Shown one piece after another: positions 19,591-28,245 of a DNA stretch of 49,751 bases (position 1 is its first letter; each line of letters begins with the position of its first letter). The translations under genes were made by a program, and so were the position numbers. Location: positions 14,604 to 64,354 of the forward strand of contig LAQA01000020.1 in the NCBI GenBank assembly GCA_000981625.1. Reading direction: 5' to 3'. Below the pieces are notes generated by a model that did no database searches, was not told the DNA's origin, and saw nothing but the letters and a program-made list of their open reading frames with translations. This DNA comes from Flavobacteriaceae bacterium ASP10-09a (GTDB taxonomy: Bacteria; Bacteroidota; Bacteroidia; Flavobacteriales; Flavobacteriaceae).

Positions 19591-19622
19591 CTTATACTAC
19601 AATATTAATCGGGGGATATTGA
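19563..19622 (-). ncRNA. Candidate ~60-nt small RNA or leader with a C-rich loop
   Basis: Lies between a TATATTTG promoter and the terminator; hairpin CAATAT-CCCCCGATTA-ATATTG. Confidence 0.45.
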
Positions 19623-19626
19623 GACC

Positions 19627-19670
19627 CAAATATAAAGAACTATAGTATTAAAAAGATTTACATATGTTAA
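19627..19670 (-). promoter_or_regulatory. -7 promoter plus near-palindromic putative Crp/Fnr operator
   Basis: TATATTTG (19627-19634) and TTAAC-ATAT-GTAAA (19657-19670), 8 nt downstream of the Crp/Fnr stop. Confidence 0.6.
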
Positions 19671-19678
19671 GGGATTTT

Positions 19679-20254
19679 TTATTTTGAAAAAATTTCTTTT
19701 CTAATTCGACTTAATTGCACGGCAGAGATATTTAAATATGAAGCAATGTGATATTGAGGTACAAGGTTTTCAATATCAGGTGTTTCGGTTTTTAATTTTA
19801 GATATCTTTCTGTAGCATTTAAAACTGATAAATCGTAAATTCTAGATTCCATTAATAAAAAGAGATATTCCATCATGGTGCTATATAAATTTGCTATCGA
19901 TATATCTGTTTTAGTCAATTTTTTTAACTCTTCAAAATTGAATTTATAGACCACGCAATCAGATAAGCAATCATAAGCAAGTTTACTTGGTTTTTTAGTT
20001 AATAATGAACCTAGAGAGCCTGTCGCTTTATTGATAGTAAAAAGAGTTCTTATATATTGTTTCCCTTTTTCATCAGTATAAAAAGATCGAATAACACCTG
20101 ATTTTATAATATAGAAATTTTTTGAAATTTCACCAATCTCAGTAATAACCTCATTTTTTTTATAGGTTTTTTCAACTGCTATATTTATTAATGTATCCAT
20201 GCTTTTTTGAGGTACATCTTTAATACTATTTAGAAACTCTTTTAATTTTTGCAT
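19679..20254 (-). CDS. Crp/Fnr family transcriptional regulator
   Basis: cNMP-binding barrel (FYIIKSGVIRSFY); C-terminal ATERY..PQYHIASYLNISAVQLSRIR. Confidence 0.92.
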   Translation of the reverse strand: MQKLKEFLNSIKDVPQKSMDTLINIAVEKTYKKNEVITEIGEISKNFYIIKSGVIRSFYTDEKGKQYIRTLFTINKATGSLGSLLTKKPSKLAYDCLSDCVVYKFNFEELKKLTKTDISIANLYSTMMEYLFLLMESRIYDLSVLNATERYLKLKTETPDIENLVPQYHIASYLNISAVQLSRIRKEIFSK

Positions 20255-20320
20255 ATAGAAACTTAGTTTTTTGGAGTTTTTTAGATTTAAAAAGGTTTTA
20301 ATAAAAATAATAGAATTATT

Positions 20321-20917
20321 TTATAAATAACTAATCGCATTCGGTCCTTCCATAAATAGTAGATCTAGAATGGAAAGATTAGGTATAAATCCATGTTCAT
20401 CATCAAACATTTGTATGTACCTTTCTACCATTTTTTTTGGTTGATGTTTTTTTTCTGCAAACAATCTAAAATCATTTTCAGTAGTTTCAACTTCATACTT
20501 TTTAGTTTTAGAAAAGTGTGCATTTAATTGTAAAGCATCTTCAATAAATAAAAAAGTATCAATATTAACATCCTGAAGGTATTTGTATTTTTTTTCAAAA
20601 ATAGGAGCAATGTCATCTTCAAATAGATCAAAAAAGGGAGAGGTTCTATACGCTATTTTTAAAGACTTAAAATGATGATCCTGCCAAGGAAAATCATTTT
20701 CTACTAAAGTATCTTTTGTTTCTTTTCGTCCATCTTTAATTTGATGTTTTACAGGAATACTTAATAATTGTTTACCACTAGAATTGTAAATGTAACATCG
20801 GTTTCTATAGCTTTGTTTTTGAAAATTATCATTCATTTCAAAAATAATTTCACCAGATTTTATAATTTCTGAATATTGAGAAATAGGTGAGAAGTATGTT
20901 GGAATAAATAATGACAT
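20321..20917 (-). CDS. WbqC family protein
   Basis: FQKQSYRNR, LSIPV, AYRTSPFF, NLSILDLLFMEGP; ATG at 20917 preferred to 20950 because the extra 11 codons are a short repeat. Confidence 0.85.
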   Translation of the reverse strand: MSLFIPTYFSPISQYSEIIKSGEIIFEMNDNFQKQSYRNRCYIYNSSGKQLLSIPVKHQIKDGRKETKDTLVENDFPWQDHHFKSLKIAYRTSPFFDLFEDDIAPIFEKKYKYLQDVNIDTFLFIEDALQLNAHFSKTKKYEVETTENDFRLFAEKKHQPKKMVERYIQMFDDEHGFIPNLSILDLLFMEGPNAISYL

Positions 20918-21023
20918 AATATTAGTGGCAGTTTTAGTCTCAGTATTCATTTACAGTCATCAATAGTGTACACTAAAATCTTAGCGAATTTATTAAAAAA
21001 GTTCAGCTTTTTATATTCGTATT

Positions 21024-22721
21024 TTAAACTTTCTTTTTATTTCCTTTATAAAAACTATAAACAATATAAAGCGCAATTAAAGCAAAAACAAAATATCGAT
21101 AAGAAACAGGCTCTCCTTCTCCGTGAACTGTCGTAAACATTCTATCCCATCTTATTGATTTTAATTTAGCAGTAAAACTAGGTGCATTTGCGTCCCAACT
21201 AAACCAAATCATAACTGGTTTTCCTAATACATGATCAAAAGGAACATAACCCCAATAACGTGCATCCAAAGAGTTGTGTCTATTATCTCCAATTAAATAA
21301 AAGTAGTCTTGTTTAAACGTATAAGATTCTGCTTTTTTTCCATTGATAAAAATATCATCACCATTAATAACCAAATCATTGTATTCATAATTTTTGATGA
21401 TTTGTTTATAAAAAGGAAGTGATTCTGAGTCTAACTTTACAGTAGCTCCTTTTTTAGGAATATAAATGGGTCCAAAATTATCTTGACTCCAACCAAATTC
21501 TTTTACATGAGGAAAAATAGCATTGTCTGCACCATGATTTATCTTTTTCACAGAAACTGTAAGTGGGTGTTTTTCTAGTCTAATAACTTCTTCTTCAGTT
21601 AAATTAATGTTTATTTTATTGTCAACATTAATCATTTTTAATCTTTTAGCAAATTGTGGATTTACACCTCCAGCTACTTCTGTGTATAAAGAATCTTCTC
21701 CAATTTTGGATAAGCTTCCATTTTTTTTAATCGCGTCCTGAACTTTATCATTGTTCCAATATTCTGATAAAATTTTGTATACTCTTGTTCTTTCTTTGCT
21801 CAATAAAAATATTGGATATGTGCTTTGACTGATCGGTTGTTTACATTCAAACGTATAATAAAATTGTAGTTTAGCCCTGTAAGGTAACTCGTTCTTTTTC
21901 CCATTGATATAGAAATAACCATTTCTCATTTCTAAAGAATCACCAGCAATACCAACCGAACGTTTTACATAATTTGTTTTTTTATCAACAGGTTTGTATG
22001 TGAATTTACCAGAATAATCTCCCCACATAGTTGCCAAAGAATCTGCAGGCCAATTAAAACAAACAATATCATTATTTTTAATTTTTTGTAAACCAGGTAA
22101 ACGTGTATAAGGTAATTGTGGTTTTTTAAGATAAGATGCTGTGCCTGTAAAAGGTAAAGAATCATGAACCATAGGTGCCGAAATTACAGTTGATGGAACT
22201 CTAGCTCCATAATGAAACTTACTTACAAAAAGGTAATCACCAACTAATAAGGACTTTTCTAAAGAGGATGTTGGTATGGTAAATGGCTGCATAAAATAAG
22301 TATGCACCAAAGTTGCGGCAATAATTGCAAATGCAATAGAGCTAACCCATTCGCCGAATTCAGAACGTGGTTTGATACTTCTATCAGCCTTGTATTTTGC
22401 ATCTGTTGCATAATTAATGTAAAAAGTATAGAACCCTAATGTTATAAGTACTAAAAGTGAATCTAATTTTTTATAAAAACCAAAAGTTCGAATGGTTTCT
22501 ATCCAAATAACAGGAAACATTAACAAGTTTACGATAGGGATAAATAATAAAATTACCCACCACTTTGGGCGATTGATAATTTGCATTAATACAATCCCAT
22601 TATAAATAGGAATAGCAGCTTCCCAAGCCTTTCTACCTGCCTTTACATAGAGTTTCCAAGTTCCTAAAAAATGAATTACTTGTACAACTAAAAAAAATAG
22701 AAACCACTGTGTAAATGTCAT
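21024..22721 (-). CDS. lepB: Signal peptidase I with N-terminal membrane extension
   Basis: IPTSSLE (catalytic Ser), YVKR (catalytic Lys), GDNRHNSLDARYWG. Confidence 0.95.
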   Translation of the reverse strand: MTFTQWFLFFLVVQVIHFLGTWKLYVKAGRKAWEAAIPIYNGIVLMQIINRPKWWVILLFIPIVNLLMFPVIWIETIRTFGFYKKLDSLLVLITLGFYTFYINYATDAKYKADRSIKPRSEFGEWVSSIAFAIIAATLVHTYFMQPFTIPTSSLEKSLLVGDYLFVSKFHYGARVPSTVISAPMVHDSLPFTGTASYLKKPQLPYTRLPGLQKIKNNDIVCFNWPADSLATMWGDYSGKFTYKPVDKKTNYVKRSVGIAGDSLEMRNGYFYINGKKNELPYRAKLQFYYTFECKQPISQSTYPIFLLSKERTRVYKILSEYWNNDKVQDAIKKNGSLSKIGEDSLYTEVAGGVNPQFAKRLKMINVDNKININLTEEEVIRLEKHPLTVSVKKINHGADNAIFPHVKEFGWSQDNFGPIYIPKKGATVKLDSESLPFYKQIIKNYEYNDLVINGDDIFINGKKAESYTFKQDYFYLIGDNRHNSLDARYWGYVPFDHVLGKPVMIWFSWDANAPSFTAKLKSIRWDRMFTTVHGEGEPVSYRYFVFALIALYIVYSFYKGNKKKV

Positions 22722-22801
22722 AATAATATTTTTATGTTCCTTTAAAAAGGATGAAATTCGATTGTTTTATAAGGCGCAAAATAGGTAAAATGTTACAGTT
22801 T

Positions 22802-23503
22802 TTAACAGATGTTTAACACATCTTTCATAGAAAAAACTCCTGTTTTATCATAAATCCATTCAGCAGCAATAACAGCACCTAATGCAAATCCTTTTCTGCT
22901 ATGAGCAGTGTGTTTAATTTTTATAGTATCTACTTCAGAGTTATACAAAATAGTGTGTGTTCCAGGAACTTTAGATATTCTTTTGGCAGCAATCGCAATC
23001 GTATCCTCTGACGCTTCTCCTCCTAATTCCCAATTATTTTTAGAGGTATTTTCTATAATTCCTTCAGCCAAAGTAATTGCTGTTCCACTCGGGGCGTCTA
23101 ATTTTTCTGCATGATGAATTTCTTCCATAGAAATATTATAACCTTCTACAGTTTTCATCATTTTTGCCAATTGTTTATTGAGTTCAAAAAAGATATTTAC
23201 GCCTAAACTATAATTTGAAGCATAAATAAAAGCACCTTTTTTTTCTTTACACAAAGCAAGTACATCGTCATACTTATCTAACCAACCAGTAGTACCAGAT
23301 ATAACAGGCACATTATTGTTTAAACAGTTTGTAATATTATTAAAAGCTGAAGTAGGAACACTAAAATCGATAGCTACATCAGCTAGTGTAATATCAATTT
23401 TATTATCAACACCTTTTCTAATGACTATTTCATGACCTCTTGAGATTGCAATTTTTTCAATCTCTTTCCCCATTCTTCCATAACCTAAAAGTGCAATTTT
23501 CAT
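22802..23503 (-). CDS. dapB: 4-hydroxy-tetrahydrodipicolinate reductase
   Basis: GYGRMG, SGTTG, EIHHAEKLDAPSGTA. Confidence 0.96.
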   Translation of the reverse strand: MKIALLGYGRMGKEIEKIAISRGHEIVIRKGVDNKIDITLADVAIDFSVPTSAFNNITNCLNNNVPVISGTTGWLDKYDDVLALCKEKKGAFIYASNYSLGVNIFFELNKQLAKMMKTVEGYNISMEEIHHAEKLDAPSGTAITLAEGIIENTSKNNWELGGEASEDTIAIAAKRISKVPGTHTILYNSEVDTIKIKHTAHSRKGFALGAVIAAEWIYDKTGVFSMKDVLNIC

Positions 23504-23504
23504 T

Positions 23505-24101
23505 TTAAAAATTATATTTAATTGTCAATCCAACAGTTGGTGTTTCTATTCTAATTGGATCCATTATTAGTACTGGTTTAAATGATAAGTTATCATCGGT
23601 ATTAAATTGAAGTAAATGTGCATTTACACTTGCTTCAACAATTTGTAATATGTATATAATTACCCCAGTCAATAAAGACATATCTCTATTTTCTCTAAGT
23701 TGTTTTTGTGCTGTTTCTAATGTTTCTAATGAAACTGATGTAGATCCGTCATCTAAAGTGAATTCGTCTTGCAAACCATTTTTCCTTAATTTGTATGCCC
23801 TTCTATACCGTTTGTAATCACTGTTATTTATTTGGTAATAATAAGTTGGTACTGCTAAAGCACCCCATATAATTGGAGCTTTCCAATATTTCTTGTTGTA
23901 AATTTGCCCCATACCTGGAAAAATTGCGGAATAAAAAGCTGCCTTAGAAGGTGACAATGGATTGTAAACTCCTTGTGCTTCTTGTATTTTTCTTTTTTCT
24001 TTTGTGTTTTTGGCTTTTACGTTCGTAGCATCTTTTTGCGCAAAAAGATTCGCAGAAAAGAATGCGATAAATAGAACTAATATGATTTTTTTTAAAAACA
24101 C
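23505..24101 (-). CDS. DUF5683 family protein
   Basis: Signal peptide; PSKAAFYSAIFPGMGQIYNKKYWK; GTG start. Confidence 0.75.
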   Translation of the reverse strand: MFLKKIILVLFIAFFSANLFAQKDATNVKAKNTKEKRKIQEAQGVYNPLSPSKAAFYSAIFPGMGQIYNKKYWKAPIIWGALAVPTYYYQINNSDYKRYRRAYKLRKNGLQDEFTLDDGSTSVSLETLETAQKQLRENRDMSLLTGVIIYILQIVEASVNAHLLQFNTDDNLSFKPVLIMDPIRIETPTVGLTIKYNF

Positions 24102-24986
24102 TTATTTTAATAAGTTTTTTATGCGGTTGAAATCTTCTTCAGAATGAAAGGGAATTGAAATTTTTCCCTTACCATTATTACTAACAGTAATGTCTATTTT
24201 GTGACCAAAATATTCACTAATATCTTTTAAACTGTTTTTTATGTAAACAGGCGTTGGTTTCTTTTTAGGCTTTGCAATGGTGCCAGATTTTAAGCTTTTA
24301 ACTAAATCTTCTGTTTGTCTTACAGATAATTTTTCACGTATAATTTTTTCATAAATTGCTAATTGATCATCTGTGTTTTCAACATTAATCATAGCACGTC
24401 CGTGCCCCATAGAAATAAAACCGTCTCTCATTCCTGTTTGTAAAATAGGGTCTAATTTTAACAAACGCAAATAGTTTGTTACAGTAGAACGTTTTTTACC
24501 AACCCTTGTACTTAATTCTTCTTGGGTTAACTGAATCTCATCAATTAAACGTTGATAAGAAAGTGCTACTTCAATCGGATCTAAATTTTTACGCTGAATG
24601 TTTTCAACCAAAGCCATTTCCAGCATTTCCTGGTCGTTGGCAAGCCTTATGTATGCGGGTATTGTTTTACTTCCTATTAATTTTGATGCTCTAAATCTTC
24701 GTTCACCAGAAACTAACTGAAATTTATTTCCTTCTAATTTTCTTACTGTAATTGGTTGAATTACACCTAACTCTTTAATAGAATTTGCAAGTTCTCTTAA
24801 AGCTTCCTCATCAAAATAAGTTCTTGGCTGAAAGGGATTTACATCAATTAACTCAAGTTCAATTTCTATAATACTACCTACAACTTTATCTGCATTTTTA
24901 TCCGATGCGGAATTAATGTTTGGTGTTTCTTGTAATAGGGCAGATAGTCCTCTTCCTAAAGCCTGTTTCTTGGTTGCTTTTGCCAT
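24102..24986 (-). CDS. parB: Chromosome partitioning protein ParB
   Basis: LGRGLSALL, PFQPR, GERRFRA, ENIQR, HTH. Confidence 0.96.
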   Translation of the reverse strand: MAKATKKQALGRGLSALLQETPNINSASDKNADKVVGSIIEIELELIDVNPFQPRTYFDEEALRELANSIKELGVIQPITVRKLEGNKFQLVSGERRFRASKLIGSKTIPAYIRLANDQEMLEMALVENIQRKNLDPIEVALSYQRLIDEIQLTQEELSTRVGKKRSTVTNYLRLLKLDPILQTGMRDGFISMGHGRAMINVENTDDQLAIYEKIIREKLSVRQTEDLVKSLKSGTIAKPKKKPTPVYIKNSLKDISEYFGHKIDITVSNNGKGKISIPFHSEEDFNRIKNLLK

Positions 24987-25751
24987 TTACGAATGCTTTT
25001 TTATTAATTCTTGTGCTAAATTTAGATAATTTACAGCTCCTTTACTTGTGGCATCATAAGCAATAATACTCTCTCCATAACTTGGTGCTTCACCTAAACG
25101 TGTATTTCTTCTAATAATTGTATCAAAAACCATGCTAGAAAAATGTTTTCTAACTTCATCTACAACTTGATTTGATAAACGTAAACGTGAATCAAACATC
25201 GTTAGTAATAGGCCTTCAATATCTAAATCAGCATTATGAATATTTTGTATACTTTTTATTGTATTTAATAGTTTTCCTAATCCTTCTAAAGCGAAGTATT
25301 CACATTGAATAGGAATAATTACAGAATCTGCAGCAACCAAAGAATTTAATGTAATTAAGCCTAAAGATGGTGCGCAGTCTATGATAATATAATCGTAATC
25401 ATCTTTAATTTCTGCCAGAGCTTTTTTGAGCATATATTCTCGATCTTGCTTGTCTACCAACTCTATTTCTATGGCAACCAAATCAATGTGAGCAGGAATA
25501 ATATCTACATTTGGAGAAGTTGTTTTTACAATAGTTTCTTTTGCAGAAATTGTATGTTCTAAAACCTGATAAGTTCCAAATTCTACAGAATCCACATCAA
25601 CTCCTAAACCAGAAGACGCATTTGCTTGAGGATCAGCATCAATTAGCAGTACTTTTTTTTCTAAAACGCCTAAAGAAGCAGCTAAATTTATACTTGTTGT
25701 AGTTTTACCTACACCACCTTTTTGATTTGCTATTGCAATTATTTTTCCCAT
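24987..25751 (-). CDS. parA: Chromosome partitioning ATPase ParA/Soj
   Basis: Deviant Walker A NQKGGVGKTT; DADPQAN; DCAPSLG. Confidence 0.96.
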   Translation of the reverse strand: MGKIIAIANQKGGVGKTTTSINLAASLGVLEKKVLLIDADPQANASSGLGVDVDSVEFGTYQVLEHTISAKETIVKTTSPNVDIIPAHIDLVAIEIELVDKQDREYMLKKALAEIKDDYDYIIIDCAPSLGLITLNSLVAADSVIIPIQCEYFALEGLGKLLNTIKSIQNIHNADLDIEGLLLTMFDSRLRLSNQVVDEVRKHFSSMVFDTIIRRNTRLGEAPSYGESIIAYDATSKGAVNYLNLAQELIKKHS

Positions 25752-25938
25752 TAAAAAATGTATGTGTTTAAAGAGTAAAATTACAATTTATTCTCTTTTA
25801 TAAAAGTTAAAGATATTAACAAGAAAAATAATTAATCAAACACCTGATAAACAATATGTTGAATCTTTTTTATTGATGTTTTTAAACAATTTTAAATGAT
25901 AAAACTATTGCCTCTTTTAGTAATCTCTTTGTTGTGGT

Positions 25939-27405
25939 TTATGTTGTTTTTTCTGGAGTGTTTTTAAGAACTTCTAGTAAAAATTTCCAAAATTTTTGGG
26001 TTGATGAAATTTGAGCTCTTTCGTCTGGAGAATGTGCACCTTTGATATTTGGTCCAAAAGAAATCATATCCATATCTGGGTAATTCTGCCCTAAGATTCC
26101 ACATTCTAATCCTGCATGACAAGCAGCTACATTTGGGTTTTCTTTAAATAGATCTTTATAAATATCGGAAATTATTTTTAAAATTTCTGAATGAACGTTT
26201 GGCAACCAACCAGGATAATTACCAGAAAAATCAACTTCAAAACCAGCTAATTCAAAGCAAGATCTTAAAGAATTTGCTAAGTCCCACTTATTAGTTTCTG
26301 ATGAAGAACGCGTTAAGCAACCAATTTTTATAGCACCATCTTTTACAATGATTCGTGCAATATTATTAGATGTTTCTACCAAACCATCAACATCAGTACT
26401 CATTCTGTAAACTCCATTTAAACCAGCGTAAACTGCTTTTGTAAACCCTTCTTGAACTCCTAATTCCATTACCTTTTTAGTTAATGTAATTTCTTGTATT
26501 TCGATGGATAGGTTTTTTTCTAGTGTTGAAAACTCATCTTTAATATTGTTAACAAGTTGTTCGGTTTCAAACAAAAAAGGTTCTTTAGAAATAGTGTCTA
26601 CAACCACTGTTGCAAAACTTTCTCTAGGAATAGCATTTCGTAAACTACCGCCATTAATTTCAGAAATTCGTAAACCAAAATTAGCAAAACCATCAAATAA
26701 AATCCGATTCATAATTTTATTTGCATTTCCTAAACCTTTAATTATATCCATTCCTGAATGCCCTCCATTTAAACCTTTTACAGTTATTGAGAAAGCTGTT
26801 GTATTATCTGGGATATCTTCTTCTGCATATTTTCTTTTTGCTGTAACATCTACACCACCTGCACAACCAATTCCGATCTCATCATCTTCTTCTGTATCTA
26901 AATTTAGCAAGATCTCTCCTTCTAAAACACCACCTTCTAAGCCCATTGCTCCAGTCATTCCGGTTTCTTCGTCAATTGTAAATAAAGCTTCAATTGCGGG
27001 ATGTGAAATTTCTGAAGATGACAAAATAGCCATGATTGCAGCAACTCCTAAACCGTTATCTGCTCCTAAAGTTGTGCCTTTTGCTTTTATCCAATCTCCA
27101 TCAACATACATTTTAATTCCTTCTTCATCAAAGTTAAAAATAGTATCTGAATTTTTTTGGTGAACCATATCTATATGGCCTTGCATTACAACTGTTTTCC
27201 TGTTTTCCATTCCAGAAGTTGCCGGTTTTTTAATGAATACATTACCAACTTTATCAACAAAAGTCTCAAGGTTTAAGTTATTTCCAAAATCAACCATAAA
27301 TTGGATGACTCTTTCTTCTTTTTTTGAAGGACGAGGTACAGCATTTAAATCTGCAAAATGATTCCAAACTGATTTTGGCTCTTGGTTTCTTATATCTTGA
27401 TTCAT
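25939..27405 (-). CDS. pepD: Aminoacyl-histidine dipeptidase (M20C)
   Basis: QGHIDMV, TLGADNG, DEETG, NLDTE, HAGLECG, HSPDE. Confidence 0.93.
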   Translation of the reverse strand: MNQDIRNQEPKSVWNHFADLNAVPRPSKKEERVIQFMVDFGNNLNLETFVDKVGNVFIKKPATSGMENRKTVVMQGHIDMVHQKNSDTIFNFDEEGIKMYVDGDWIKAKGTTLGADNGLGVAAIMAILSSSEISHPAIEALFTIDEETGMTGAMGLEGGVLEGEILLNLDTEEDDEIGIGCAGGVDVTAKRKYAEEDIPDNTTAFSITVKGLNGGHSGMDIIKGLGNANKIMNRILFDGFANFGLRISEINGGSLRNAIPRESFATVVVDTISKEPFLFETEQLVNNIKDEFSTLEKNLSIEIQEITLTKKVMELGVQEGFTKAVYAGLNGVYRMSTDVDGLVETSNNIARIIVKDGAIKIGCLTRSSSETNKWDLANSLRSCFELAGFEVDFSGNYPGWLPNVHSEILKIISDIYKDLFKENPNVAACHAGLECGILGQNYPDMDMISFGPNIKGAHSPDERAQISSTQKFWKFLLEVLKNTPEKTT

Positions 27406-27430
27406 GATGATTTTCTTAAAATTAGTTCTT

Positions 27431-27438
27431 CAAAAGTA
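27431..27438 (-). promoter_or_regulatory. -7 promoter element for pepD
   Basis: TACTTTTG on the minus strand, 25 nt upstream of the start. Confidence 0.55.
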
Positions 27439-27453
27439 CAGTTTTTATAGACC

Positions 27454-27482
27454 AAAAAAAAGCCTTCTTTTAAAAGAAGGCT
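27454..27482 (-). terminator. Intrinsic terminator of the nitroreductase gene
   Basis: AGCCTTCTT-ttaa-AAGAAGGCT stem with an A run on its left (U tail on the minus strand). Confidence 0.8.
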
Positions 27483-27502
27483 CATTAAATTTTAGTTGAT
27501 GA

Positions 27503-28135
27503 TTAATTGATTTCTATAATTACATCATCGATATTTTTGCGTACTTTTTTTAAATCTTTCATATAGTCGTCATTAGCTCTAAATCCAACAGGTAAAACTA
27601 AAGTTGCCGTTAAATTATGTGCTTCTAATTTTAAAACTTCGTTATATTTTTCTGAAATAAATCCTTCCATAGGACAAGAATCTATTTTTTCTAGAGCACA
27701 CACTGTTAGTAAGTTGCCTATAGCAATATAAGCTTGGTTTTTGTTCCAAAGAAATAATTCTTCTTGTGTCTTCTTCTCAATTTCAGCAGTTAAAAAATCT
27801 TTAAATGGATTGTTAATTGCATCTGGAGTATTTCTAATTTTTTGGACTAAATTAAAATACTTCGTAACCTCTTCACTTGTGTATTTTTTTGGAACACAAA
27901 TTACTAAAAGGTGAGAAGCATCTAACACTTGAGGTTGATTCCAAGAATGCGAAACCAATTCTTTTTGAATCGCTTTGTTTTCGATAACAACTAATTTTAA
28001 TGGTTGTAAACCGTAAGAAGTTGCCGTTAAATTAAATGCATTTTTTAAGGTGCTTACTTGTTCTTTTGTGAGGGATTTATTAGCGTCAAATTTTTTAACA
28101 GCATACCGCCATTTTAAACTTTCTATTGTGTTCAT
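27503..28135 (-). CDS. NAD(P)H nitroreductase (NfsB-like)
   Basis: WRYAVKKFD, TATSYGLQP, DSCPMEGF, KKVRK. Confidence 0.9.
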   Translation of the reverse strand: MNTIESLKWRYAVKKFDANKSLTKEQVSTLKNAFNLTATSYGLQPLKLVVIENKAIQKELVSHSWNQPQVLDASHLLVICVPKKYTSEEVTKYFNLVQKIRNTPDAINNPFKDFLTAEIEKKTQEELFLWNKNQAYIAIGNLLTVCALEKIDSCPMEGFISEKYNEVLKLEAHNLTATLVLPVGFRANDDYMKDLKKVRKNIDDVIIEIN

Positions 28136-28245
28136 TCTTTTAATTTAGATTACAAAAATAGTTTAATAATTAAAACAAACTTTTCTGATTCTATTAGTAA
28201 AACTTATGAGGGAATAAATTTTTTTGTAGATTGAAGCAAAAAAAG

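Noticed and set aside
25752-25938. AT-rich region upstream of parA as oriC or parS
   Set aside because: I found no clustered DnaA boxes and no TGTTTCACGTGAAACA-type palindrome.
26504-27163. 219-aa plus-strand ORF
   Set aside because: Fully antisense to pepD, Ser/Pro-rich shadow-frame composition, no motifs.
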